Shown one piece after another: positions 55,667-64,000 of a DNA stretch of 64,000 nt. Made by a program: the position numbers and the translations under genes. The notes below the pieces were generated by a model. That model was not told the DNA's origin. It saw only the letters and a program-made list of their open reading frames with translations, and searched no databases. Within the stretch, counting starts at the first letter, position 1. Each line of letters opens with the position of its first letter. The stretch is from contig JAJXWV010000078.1 of the NCBI GenBank assembly GCA_021781455.1, positions 3,991-67,990 of the forward strand, given 5' to 3'. This DNA comes from Acidobacteriota bacterium. Its GTDB lineage: Bacteria > Acidobacteriota > Thermoanaerobaculia > Gp7-AA8.

Positions 55667-56859
55667 ACGTGCTGGTGAGCGCCGGCGAAGTGTCGGGGGA
55701 CATCATCGGTGCCCTGATCGCGGAGGAGCTGCTGCGCCGCGATCCCTCCGTTCACGTGTGGGGACTGGGCGGCTCGCGAATGAGCGCCGCCGGAGTGACG
55801 GTCGCGGCGAGGACGAACCACCTCGGCCGCGTCGGCGTGAGCGAGAGCTTTTCCGCGATCCTGCCGCTGGTGCGCGCGTTCGCCGCGGTGCGCCGGGAGA
55901 TTCGCCGCGCCCGCCCCGATGTGGCAATCCTCGTCGCCAACGACCTCTTCAACGTCGTCCTGGGACGCTGGCTGCGCGCCCGGGGCATCCCCACGCTCGC
56001 GGTCTTCCCTCCGCAGGTCTGGATCTGGAAAGCGGCGGCTCGCGTCTTCAGCGGCAGCTGGGACGTCGTGGCGGCATCGTTCCCCGACGAACAACGCGTC
56101 TATTCACGCCACGTGCGAACGGTCTTCATCGGACATTACCTCGCCGACCGGCTGGGCCGCGCCACTCCGGCCGAGCGCGACGCGGCACGGGCCTCACTCG
56201 GCGCCGGCGGCGCGGTGGTCGGCCTCTTTCCGGGCAGCCGCGTTCACGAGCTGGAGATTCTCACGCCCCTGCTGCTCGACGCCGCAGCCCTGTTGTTGAA
56301 GAGCGATCCGTCGATGCGATTCGTCATGGCCATCGCGGAACGCGCCGATGAGCCGCGCATCGCCGCAGAGATCGCCAGGCGCGGGCTCACGGCAAACATC
56401 GCCCTCGTCCACGACAGCCACGCTGCCATCCGCGCCAGCGACCTTCTGCTGATGGCCTCCGGCACGGCCACGCTGGAGGCCTCGATCATCGGGACGCCGA
56501 TGATCGTGCTCTATCGCGTGCAGCGGATCACGATGTCGATCGTGCGCCTGGCCATCCGCCTGGGGTTGATGGATTCGGAGACGATATCGTTGCCGAACCT
56601 GATCCTGGAGGGGCCCGTGGTTCCCGAGGTCAGCCAGGAGCGGCTCTCGGCCGATCGCGTCGTGGAAGAGGCGAAACAGCTGCTCGCTGACCGCGAACGC
56701 CTGGCCGCGATGTCCGAACGGCTGTCCCGCGTCTCCGCGGCCGTGGACGGCCACGGCAGCGTGCAGCGCATCGCCGATCTCGTCGAAGAACTGGGATTGC
56801 GGCGCGCGCCGCTGTGTCAGGATCTTCCCGCGGTGGCTCTGGAAGGAGGCTCGGCGTGA
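55663..56859 (+). CDS. lpxB: Lipid-A-disaccharide synthase, GT19
   Basis: [13 protein letters not shown]…VWGLGG… N-terminal signature and GT19 architecture throughout. 398 aa. Confidence 0.85.
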   Translation: MNVLVSAGEVSGDIIGALIAEELLRRDPSVHVWGLGGSRMSAAGVTVAARTNHLGRVGVSESFSAILPLVRAFAAVRREIRRARPDVAILVANDLFNVVLGRWLRARGIPTLAVFPPQVWIWKAAARVFSGSWDVVAASFPDEQRVYSRHVRTVFIGHYLADRLGRATPAERDAARASLGAGGAVVGLFPGSRVHELEILTPLLLDAAALLLKSDPSMRFVMAIAERADEPRIAAEIARRGLTANIALVHDSHAAIRASDLLLMASGTATLEASIIGTPMIVLYRVQRITMSIVRLAIRLGLMDSETISLPNLILEGPVVPEVSQERLSADRVVEEAKQLLADRERLAAMSERLSRVSAAVDGHGSVQRIADLVEELGLRRAPLCQDLPAVALEGGSA

Positions 56860-57920
56860 CGGTGCAGACGCTCGGAGAGATCGCTCATGCGATCGGAGGA
56901 GTGGTGGACGGTGATCCTTCGCGGATCGTCGAACGGGTGCGCGGCATCGAGCAGGCCGGGAGGCGCGAGATCGCAGTCGTCTTCGACGCCCGGCATTTCC
57001 ACGCCATCGACAACTCGACCGCGGAGGCTCTGGTCATCCCCGCCGACTGCGCGACCACGCGTCGGAATGTCATTCGAACGTCCGACCCGCGCAAGAAACT
57101 GGCGCAGCTGCTGGCGCTCTTCAACGGCTCGGAGGACGTCGCGGCTGGCGTCAGCGCCCGTGCATTCGTGGCGCCGAGCGCAACGATCGGCCAGTCCGCA
57201 TCCATCGCGGCGGGTGCGTGGATCGGCGAGCACGTCGTCATCGGCGACAGAGTGCGCATTCACGCCAACGCCGTCGTCGGCGACTGCAGTGTGCTCGGCG
57301 ACGATTGCGTGATCCACCCGAACGTCACGATTTACGCGCAATCGCGCCTCGGCAAGCGCGTCGTCGTGCACGCCGGCACGGTGATCGGCAGCGACGGCTT
57401 CGGATTCGTGGAGGGCGAGAACGGCAGAGAGAAGATCCCTCAGGTGGGCTTCGTCGAGATCGGCGACGACGTCGAGATCGGTGCGAACTGCGCGATCGAC
57501 CGCGCCACCCTGGAGGTGACGCGCATCGGCGCGGGCAGCAAGATCGACAACCTCGTGCAGATCGGCCACAACAGCCAGATCGGTCCCGGATGCGTGCTCA
57601 TCGGCCAGGCCGGAGTGGCAGGAAGCGTCACTCTGGGCCCCGGCGTGATGATCGGCGGCCAGTCCGGCATTGCCGATCACGTCACCATCGGAGCGGGCGT
57701 GGTCATCGGGGCCAAGAGCGGTGTTCATTCCGATATCGCGGAAGGCGAGTGGCTGGGCAGCCCTGCCCTTCCCCGCGAGCGCGCCGGGCGGATGCTGGCC
57801 TTTCTCCCTCACCTTCCCGCATACCGGGAGCGAGTGCGCGATCTCGAAGCGCGCGTCCAGCAGCTGCAGAAGATGGTTGAGGGCCTTCTGGAAAGGAACG
57901 CCAAACGGACGGAGCCATGA
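56856..57920 (+). CDS. lpxD: UDP-3-O-acylglucosamine N-acyltransferase (left-handed beta-helix), with C-terminal coiled-coil extension
   Basis: GTG start overlapping the lpxB stop. N-terminal LpxD domain, then long hexapeptide-repeat region (…[32 protein letters not shown]…[37 protein letters not shown]…). Confidence 0.8.
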   Translation: MTVQTLGEIAHAIGGVVDGDPSRIVERVRGIEQAGRREIAVVFDARHFHAIDNSTAEALVIPADCATTRRNVIRTSDPRKKLAQLLALFNGSEDVAAGVSARAFVAPSATIGQSASIAAGAWIGEHVVIGDRVRIHANAVVGDCSVLGDDCVIHPNVTIYAQSRLGKRVVVHAGTVIGSDGFGFVEGENGREKIPQVGFVEIGDDVEIGANCAIDRATLEVTRIGAGSKIDNLVQIGHNSQIGPGCVLIGQAGVAGSVTLGPGVMIGGQSGIADHVTIGAGVVIGAKSGVHSDIAEGEWLGSPALPRERAGRMLAFLPHLPAYRERVRDLEARVQQLQKMVEGLLERNAKRTEP

Positions 57921-59017
57921 CTCGACGCATCGTCGTCACCGGAATGGGAGCGGTCACGCCGCACGGCGACCTCGCGCAATCGGTCGCCGCCGTCGCCGCC
58001 GGCCGGAGCGCCATCGGGCCGGTGCGGTCGTTCGAGACGAGCTCGTTCACGCAGACGCTCGCCGGCGAATGCCTGGTCTTCGATCCACGCCCCTGGTTTC
58101 GGCCGGCGAAGGCGCTGAAGCTGACCGACCGCAGAACGCGCTTCGCCGTCGCCGCTGCGGCCATGGCCGTCGCGGACGCAGGCCTCGATGCCGCGGCCGT
58201 CGAGCCCGCAGGCGTCGTGATCGGAACGAGCGGGTCCGATGTGCAGACCGAGGACGTCGGACGGGCTCTCGGCGGACCGGAGGAGGGCGACGCACGTGAC
58301 ATCGACTACTTCGCCGGGCGCGTCCTGCGCCGGCTCAATCCGCTCTGGCTCCTGGTGAATCTGGCCAACATGGCCAGCGCTCACGTGGCCATCCAGCTGG
58401 GAGCGCGCGGCCCGAACTCCACGATCACCACCGACTGGATCGCCGGACTGCAGGCCATCGGCGAAGCTGCCCGATGGATCGCCGGCGGCGAGTCCGATCT
58501 CGTGGTCGCCGGCGCGGCCGACAGCGGCGTGCTTCCGTTCGCGTTCGCCTCGTTCGAAGAGTCGGGATTTTTCGAAGGCGGCGAGCCGCGCTTCGTCCCC
58601 GGCGAGGGTGCCGCGGCGTTCGTCGTCGAGGAGCTCGGGCACGCCCGGGCGCGCGGCGGCCGGATCATCGCCGAGATCACCGGCTACGCGTCTGCCCAGG
58701 GCGATCTGGCCACCGCCGCGCGGCGTTCGCTCGATCAGTCCGGCACGGCCGGCGAGGACGTGGACGCGGTTTACGACGCGGCAGTTTTTACGCCGCGCCA
58801 TCGCCATCTCGACGACGCGGCCGCCGATGCGCTCTTCACCAACGCGCCCTCCCGATTCGAATGCAGCTCGCTCCTCGGCCACGCCCTCGCCGCATCGGCG
58901 CCCGTGGCCCTGGCCGTCGCTGCGGCCAGCAGGCCGCCCGGGACGATCCTGGTCAATTCCGTCGGTGCGTTCGGTCAGGCCGCGTCGATCGTGATCAAGG
59001 GAAGGGTGGCGGCATGA
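57917..59017 (+). CDS. Beta-ketoacyl synthase-like protein lacking the active-site Cys (chain-length-factor/KS-beta-like partner)
   Basis: Thiolase-fold KS homology ([15 protein letters not shown]…). The position of TACASG reads TTDWIAG, and the HGTGT and GHS His motifs are absent. Confidence 0.75.
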   Translation: MTRRIVVTGMGAVTPHGDLAQSVAAVAAGRSAIGPVRSFETSSFTQTLAGECLVFDPRPWFRPAKALKLTDRRTRFAVAAAAMAVADAGLDAAAVEPAGVVIGTSGSDVQTEDVGRALGGPEEGDARDIDYFAGRVLRRLNPLWLLVNLANMASAHVAIQLGARGPNSTITTDWIAGLQAIGEAARWIAGGESDLVVAGAADSGVLPFAFASFEESGFFEGGEPRFVPGEGAAAFVVEELGHARARGGRIIAEITGYASAQGDLATAARRSLDQSGTAGEDVDAVYDAAVFTPRHRHLDDAAADALFTNAPSRFECSSLLGHALAASAPVALAVAAASRPPGTILVNSVGAFGQAASIVIKGRVAA

Positions 59018-59019
59018 AG

Positions 59020-59412
59020 CCTCTGCCCGAGGATCTCGAGAAGAGCGTCATTGGCATCGTGGCGGAGGCGCTCAGCCTGGACCCTCGGGAAGTGAAACTG
59101 CATTCTTCCCTCATGGACGACCTCGGTGCGGAGTCCATCGACTTCATCGACATCGTCTTCCGCCTGGAGTCGGAGTACGACCTGATCATCCCGGAGCAGG
59201 AGCTGTGGGCCGGATCGATGGATATCGATGCAAACGACCCCGAGGCCATCGAGCGCGGCGTGGACGACCTGCGCCGGAAGATGCCCGATTTCGCCTGGGA
59301 GCGCTTTCCGGGCCCGGTCGGAAAGACCAACCTGCCGCGGCTCATCACCGTCAGCACGATCGTCGACTACCTGCGCAGGCGCGTCGACGCCGCCCCTGCC
59401 GGAGCGTCATGA
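59020..59412 (+). CDS. Acyl carrier protein (extended, 130 aa) with DLGAESIDFIDIV phosphopantetheine site
   Basis: ACP helix II motif LGAESID. Flanked by the KS-like and KS genes (3-bp gap, 4-bp overlap). Confidence 0.7.
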   Translation, partial: PLPEDLEKSVIGIVAEALSLDPREVKLHSSLMDDLGAESIDFIDIVFRLESEYDLIIPEQELWAGSMDIDANDPEAIERGVDDLRRKMPDFAWERFPGPVGKTNLPRLITVSTIVDYLRRRVDAAPAGAS

Positions 59413-60689
59413 CCCGGCGGGTGGTCGTGACGGGAATCGGCGTCATCGCGCCGAACGGACGCGACGTGAAGAGCTTCGCCAGCGCGCTCGCCGCAGGTCG
59501 CTCGGCAGTGCGCCCCATCCGCCGCTTCGCCACCAGCTCGTATCCGACGCGCATTGCCGCCGAGATCGACGATTTCGAATGGACCGAGCGCACCGAGCCG
59601 CCCGCCGGCTGGCGCACCTTCGACCGCATCACCCGCTTCGCCACCGCGGCGGCCGCCCAGGCCATCGCCGACGCACGGCTCGATCCGGCCGGCCTCGATC
59701 GCACGGGCGTCGTCATCGCTGCCGGCTTCGGCAGCTACGACCACGAGGAAGTCTTCACCTCGTGCGCCGCCGGGTTTGGTGGCGACGGAGAGTTCGACTG
59801 GACGGCCTTTCGCGAACAGTTCCGGCGCTCGGTCAAGCCGCGGCCTGCGGAGCGGAGGACGCCGGGCTCGGTGCCGGCCCTCGTCGCCAGCCACTTCGGA
59901 TTTCGCGGCCCGGTGATGGCGGTGATGACTGCCTGCGCTGCCGGGACGCAGGCGCTGGGCGACGGCGCTCGGTGGATCCGCTGCGGCGACGCCGACGTCG
60001 TGATCGCCGGCGGCGCCGATTCGGAGATCTATCCGATGGGGCTGGCCTCGTTCTGTCTGCTGCACGCGCTCTCGACGCGCAACGATTGCCCGGAACGCGC
60101 CAGCCGTCCATTCAGCGCGACGCGCGACGGCTTCGTCCTCGGCGAGGGCAGCGGCGTGCTCGTGCTCGAGGAGCTGGAGCACGCACGCGGGCGCGGCGCG
60201 GAGATTTACGCGGAGCTTCTCGGCTTCGGCTCGGCCTGCGATTCGTTCCGCGTCACCGATCCGCATCCGGACGGGATCGGTGCGGCCCTGGCCATGAAGC
60301 GTGCCCTCCACCAGGCCGGGCTGAGCACCGCCGATGTCGACTACGTCAACGCCCACGGAACCTCGACGCCGCTCAACGACCGCATCGAGTCGCGCGCAAT
60401 CCGCCAGCTGTTCGGCGACCACGCTTCCGGTCTGGCCGTCAGCTCGACGAAGTCGATGATCGGCCATCTCACCGTGGCCGCCGGAGCGGTGGAAGCGATC
60501 GCCACGATCATGGCCATCCGCGAGAACATCGCGCATCCGACGATCAACCTCGAGGATCCTGATCCGGAGTGCGATCTCGATTTCGTGCCCAATCGGGCCA
60601 GGACCATGACCATCGACGTGGCCCTTTCGAATTCGTTTGCGTTCGGAGGACAGTGCGCGAGCATCGCCATCGGGAGGTACGCGCCGTGA
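59409..60689 (+). CDS. Beta-ketoacyl-ACP synthase (FabF/KAS II-like, catalytically complete)
   Basis: Active-site Cys in MTACAAGTQA. His in NAHGTSTPLND and SSTKSMIGHLTVAAG. C-terminal NSFAFGGQCASIAIG. Confidence 0.85.
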   Translation: MTRRVVVTGIGVIAPNGRDVKSFASALAAGRSAVRPIRRFATSSYPTRIAAEIDDFEWTERTEPPAGWRTFDRITRFATAAAAQAIADARLDPAGLDRTGVVIAAGFGSYDHEEVFTSCAAGFGGDGEFDWTAFREQFRRSVKPRPAERRTPGSVPALVASHFGFRGPVMAVMTACAAGTQALGDGARWIRCGDADVVIAGGADSEIYPMGLASFCLLHALSTRNDCPERASRPFSATRDGFVLGEGSGVLVLEELEHARGRGAEIYAELLGFGSACDSFRVTDPHPDGIGAALAMKRALHQAGLSTADVDYVNAHGTSTPLNDRIESRAIRQLFGDHASGLAVSSTKSMIGHLTVAAGAVEAIATIMAIRENIAHPTINLEDPDPECDLDFVPNRARTMTIDVALSNSFAFGGQCASIAIGRYAP

Positions 60690-61378
60690 TGCGTCTGCAC
60701 TCCGCGGTCCGGCCGTTCGCGCTCGCCGCCGGACGCCTGTTTGCACTCTGGCTGCGATCGCTGCGCGTGCGCATGCAGGTGCACGGAAGCTGGATCGATC
60801 GTGCGGACTTCGTCGCCGGCAACGGCCTCTTCGCGTTCAGCGAGCGCGACCTCCTCGCGGTGGCCGCGGCCGCGGAAGGACGCCATCTCCTGGTTCTCGT
60901 CGACGCCAGCGCAGATGGCGACTGGGCCGTCGCAATCGCGTCCGCGCTGGGATGCCGGTTCGTGCGCGGCTCGAGCCTTCATCAGGGCCTCGGCGCGCTC
61001 CGCGATCTGATCCACGCGCTCGAAGGGAACGATCGCCCGGCGGCGTTCGTGGTGGACGGGCCGGTCGGTCCGGCCGGTGAAGCGAAGCCCGGCATCGCCG
61101 CATGCGCCGCACTGACCGGCAGGCCGATCGTGCCGGTGGCCGCGGCCGCACGGTGGCGGATCGCCTTTCCGCGAAGCTGGGCCGGTCATTATCTTCCGCT
61201 GCCGTGGTCGCGGGTGGCGATCGTCGTCGGCGAGCCGCTCGTGGTTCGCCGCGGTGCCTCGCGAGAGGAGATCGATGCCATGGCGCGGGCGATCACGATC
61301 GCGCTCGAGGACCTGCGCGCCAAGGCCCTGGCCGCACTCGCCGCTCCCGCGATGAGGATGGAGTCGACAGCCGCGTGA
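60689..61378 (+). CDS. DUF374-family protein (lysophospholipid acyltransferase-like; typically linked to Kdo transferase/lipid A genes)
   Basis: …LLVLVDASADGDWAVAIASALGCRFVRGSS…FVVDGPVGPAGEAKPGIAACAALTGRPIVPV matches the DUF374 consensus (…GSSSRGG…PDGPRGP…G…LA..sG.PI.P). Confidence 0.65.
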   Translation: MRLHSAVRPFALAAGRLFALWLRSLRVRMQVHGSWIDRADFVAGNGLFAFSERDLLAVAAAAEGRHLLVLVDASADGDWAVAIASALGCRFVRGSSLHQGLGALRDLIHALEGNDRPAAFVVDGPVGPAGEAKPGIAACAALTGRPIVPVAAAARWRIAFPRSWAGHYLPLPWSRVAIVVGEPLVVRRGASREEIDAMARAITIALEDLRAKALAALAAPAMRMESTAA

Positions 61379-62130
61379 AGCGATTCTTCCTGCTCTGGCT
61401 GATGCTCCTGGCGATCGAGACGGCGGCCGCGGTCGCGATCTCGGTCCTCATCCTCCACTCGGTGGACGCGCGGCTCGAGCCCTTCCTGACCGGACTGATT
61501 GCACCCGCGGTCCAGGCCGCTCTGCTCCTCTGGTTCTTCCCGCGTCTGCGTGACCGCGGGTTCGTGACGCCGGGTGAGGCGATCCGCTCCCGGCCGGTTG
61601 CCACGGCGGCGGCGGTCCTCCTCGGTGCGGGTGCGGTGCTGACGACGCTCGTGGTCGTGCGAGTCGCGCCGGCACGACTTTTCGACCTCGCCCGTGGCGC
61701 TGCCGCAGTGGCGGGCGCCGCGGCGTTCTTCATCGCCGGATGGCGGCGCACTCGCGGCGCCTTCTCTGCAGGTGCGATGCTCGTGATCATCGCCATCGCT
61801 ACCGGTCGCGCGGAAGCGATCTCCTCGCACGTTCTTCCTTCGCAGCCGATGGGCACCCGCTGGCTGGCCTTCGGTCTGATCTCGGCAGTGGTGGTGCTCG
61901 TGCTTCTGTTCCATGCCGTCACCGCGCTGCGCGGCTCATCGCCGCACGCCGCAACGTGGCTGGAGTGGTCGCTGGCTCCGGCGATGCTCGCCGCCCTGAT
62001 CATCCTGGCGAATTTCTACTCGCGGCCGTTGTTGACGCCCGCTTCGTCTCTGGCGGCAAACGCGTGCGGACTGGCCGCCGCGGGCCTGGCATTTCTCGCC
62101 TCGATCGCCTCGCTGCAGCGGAGCTCGTGA
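61375..62130 (+). CDS. Polytopic membrane protein of unknown function inside the lipid A cluster
   Basis: GTG start overlapping the upstream stop. ~7 hydrophobic helices. No motif recognised. Confidence 0.45.
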   Translation: MKRFFLLWLMLLAIETAAAVAISVLILHSVDARLEPFLTGLIAPAVQAALLLWFFPRLRDRGFVTPGEAIRSRPVATAAAVLLGAGAVLTTLVVVRVAPARLFDLARGAAAVAGAAAFFIAGWRRTRGAFSAGAMLVIIAIATGRAEAISSHVLPSQPMGTRWLAFGLISAVVVLVLLFHAVTALRGSSPHAATWLEWSLAPAMLAALIILANFYSRPLLTPASSLAANACGLAAAGLAFLASIASLQRSS

Positions 62131-63128
62131 TGGCCAGACGGCTGCTCGACCTCGTCATTTCGGTCCGCGACCTGTTGGCGGCGGTCGTGGTCGCGATCGT
62201 TCTCGCTCCGATCTGGTTCCTTCCCTGGCGGCCGGCGTGCTGGCTGGCGCGCCGCTATGGGTTCATCGCCTTCGTGTTCTGGGGCGAAGAAAGGCGCGCC
62301 GGCATGATCAACCTGCGCCGCTCGTACGGCGTCTCGATGTCGCGACACGAGGCCAGGCGCTCGATCGCAATCGTGTTCTCGAATCTCGCCCGGAGCATCG
62401 CCGAGGCCATGCAGTTCGTGCACAGGTTCGGCCGCGGCGAAGAATGGCGGACGATCTACCGCCTCGAGGATCCTGACCTCGCGCAGCGCATCCTCGACGA
62501 TCCACGTCCGAAGATCTTTGCCACCGCCCACCTCGGATCGTGGGAAGTGACCACGCTGATTCTGCAGCGCGCGCTGGGCTCGGGAGCCGGTATCGCACGA
62601 CGCATCGACAACCGCTGGCTCGACCGGCTGGTCAAGGCGGTGCGCCTCGATGACCCCTCGCAGTGGATCGAGAAGCGAGGAGGAGCGGCCGAGGCGCTGC
62701 GCCGGCTGCGCAATGGCCAGAGCGTGGTCATGCTCGTCGACGAGAACGGCGGATGGCGCGGACCGTTCGTCGAATTCTTCGGCCGCCCTGCCTCCACCCG
62801 GAAAACGCCGGCGCTGCTGTCGCTCCTCACCGGCGCGCCGATCGTCGTCGGTGCCGCCATCCGCGACGAGAGCGCGCCACAGCCTGCATTCATCTTCCGG
62901 CTCGCCATGATCGATGCAGCGGCCGAAGATCTGACGCAGCCCGACTCGCTCATCCCGCTCACGGCCAGGATTCAGGCCATCCTCGAAGCGTGGATTCGGG
63001 AGACGCCGCGTCAGTGGCGATGGATCCACTGGAGGTGGCGAACCCGGAGCGACGGCAGCGCGGAACGCTACACGCGCCGCGATCTGGACGAAGCGTTCGC
63101 TTCTCCCGCGCCCCCGCCGTCACTCTGA
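62130..63128 (+). CDS. Lipid A biosynthesis late acyltransferase (LpxL/HtrB/LpxXL family, LPLAT superfamily)
   Basis: N-terminal TM helix. HLGSWE is the Hx4D/E acyltransferase catalytic motif. Family-typical C-terminal W-rich region (…RQWRWIHWRWR…). Confidence 0.75.
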   Translation: MARRLLDLVISVRDLLAAVVVAIVLAPIWFLPWRPACWLARRYGFIAFVFWGEERRAGMINLRRSYGVSMSRHEARRSIAIVFSNLARSIAEAMQFVHRFGRGEEWRTIYRLEDPDLAQRILDDPRPKIFATAHLGSWEVTTLILQRALGSGAGIARRIDNRWLDRLVKAVRLDDPSQWIEKRGGAAEALRRLRNGQSVVMLVDENGGWRGPFVEFFGRPASTRKTPALLSLLTGAPIVVGAAIRDESAPQPAFIFRLAMIDAAAEDLTQPDSLIPLTARIQAILEAWIRETPRQWRWIHWRWRTRSDGSAERYTRRDLDEAFASPAPPPSL

Positions 63129-63481
63129 GAGGCTGTGCGGAAATCGAGAGCGGCGCGGACGCGCACACTTGTCATTCCGAGCGTCAGCGAGGAATCCGGG
63201 TGGGCTGGGGCGCGCTACGTTGAGCGGTTTCAGCACATTCAGGGGTCGCGGAGCCCTGCCTCTCCCTGAGAATTCGCCTGTGTTGAGCGCGGTTGAGGAG
63301 ATGTCGGGATGGCATCGAGCCGGGATGTCGTCCGACAATCGCAGATCTGTGAGACGATCCAGCGTCTGTTTGCGGGCCGTCGCACCTCGCGCGCCGGTAC
63401 GATCCTCGATGGGTCCCGGCTCAGGATGCGGTCCTGACGATCGCGTCCGCATATCTCAGCGACAAGAAAGAAGATTGATTC

Positions 63482-64000
63482 ATGCCCTTTTCCTCATTCG
63501 GACTTCACCCCGACCTGCTGCGCGGAGTCAGCGACCTCGGCTTCCAGCGGCCCACCCCGATCCAGAGCGAGTCCATTCCCCCGGCCGTGGCCGGCAAGGA
63601 CGTGCTGGCCTGCGCGATGACGGGCAGTGGCAAGAGTGCGGCCTTCCTGCTGCCGATCCTCAACCGGCTGCTCGCCAAGAAGCGCGGAACCACGCGCGCC
63701 CTCATCCTCACGCCGACCCGCGAGCTCGCCGCACAGATCGACGAGCATCTGCGCGACCTGGCCGTCCACACGCCGCTCTCCGGCGCAGCCGTTTATGGCG
63801 GCGTCGGAATGGGACCGCAGGAACACGCCTTCCGCAGCGGCGTCGACGTCATCGTGGCCACCCCCGGACGGCTGCTCGATCATTTTCAGCATCCCTATGC
63901 CAGGCTCGACGGGCTGGAGATCCTCGTCCTCGACGAGGCCGACCGCATGCTGGACATGGGATTTCTCCCCGACATCCGTCGCGTGCTGAAGCACCTGCCC
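63482..64000 (+). CDS. DEAD-box ATP-dependent RNA helicase (N-terminal part; runs off the window end)
   Basis: Q-motif (F…LG…PTPIQ). Motif I AMTGSGKSAAF, Ia TPTRELA, Ib, II LVLDEADRMLDMGF. Confidence 0.8.
   Translation, partial: MPFSSFGLHPDLLRGVSDLGFQRPTPIQSESIPPAVAGKDVLACAMTGSGKSAAFLLPILNRLLAKKRGTTRALILTPTRELAAQIDEHLRDLAVHTPLSGAAVYGGVGMGPQEHAFRSGVDVIVATPGRLLDHFQHPYARLDGLEILVLDEADRMLDMGFLPDIRRVLKHLP

Overview
This is a high-GC (~67%) chromosomal window from a Gram-negative, probably soil-type bacterium. The gene content and repeat landscape resemble Acidobacteriota-like genomes, but lineage cannot be confirmed from sequence alone. I can support about 60 protein-coding genes. No rRNA, tRNA, CRISPR array or transposase/integrase gene was found. 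The genes fall into these blocks: (1) an FNR-ferredoxin reductase, a DksA/TraR homolog, a YdjC-family deacetylase fusion, a rhodanese interrupted by an in-frame TGA, PncA and Hsp20; (2) a KaiC-centred signalling operon (kaiC, hybrid histidine kinase with an N-terminal pseudo-receiver, atypical receiver) with a divergent GAF-receiver regulator; (3) two adjacent genes sharing a novel N-terminal 'YPPxHP' domain, one fused to HEAT repeats and one to an HD-GYP c-di-GMP phosphodiesterase; (4) glgX, then a periplasmic (Tat) three-subunit molybdenum hydroxylase operon; (5) several small secreted or Cys-rich proteins; (6) an operon of two paralogous small hydrophobic proteins plus two Get3/ArsA-like ATPases; (7) cstA, a CBS protein, an outer-membrane barrel gene with a frameshift, a 1300-aa Kelch/IPT/FN3 secreted protein, an RND efflux pair, an ICMT-family methyltransferase, a PAS hybrid kinase and an M23 peptidase; (8) an LPS/lipid A block (waaA, lpxB, lpxD, LpxL-family, DUF374) with an embedded KS-like/ACP/KS trio, suggesting unusual (very-long-chain type) lipid A acylation, and a secreted protein with an IPTL/PEP-CTERM-like sorting tail. 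Intergenic DNA is unusually rich in short structured repeats. These include several dispersed palindromic element families present two or three times each, a MITE-like element with 27-bp perfect terminal inverted repeats, and 6-9 bp microsatellite-like tandem arrays, one of which lies inside a coding region. The most unusual candidates are the in-frame-TGA rhodanese (possible selenoprotein), the Get3-like ATPase pair with small membrane partners, the KaiC/pseudo-receiver module, and the shared-N-domain HEAT/HD-GYP pair.
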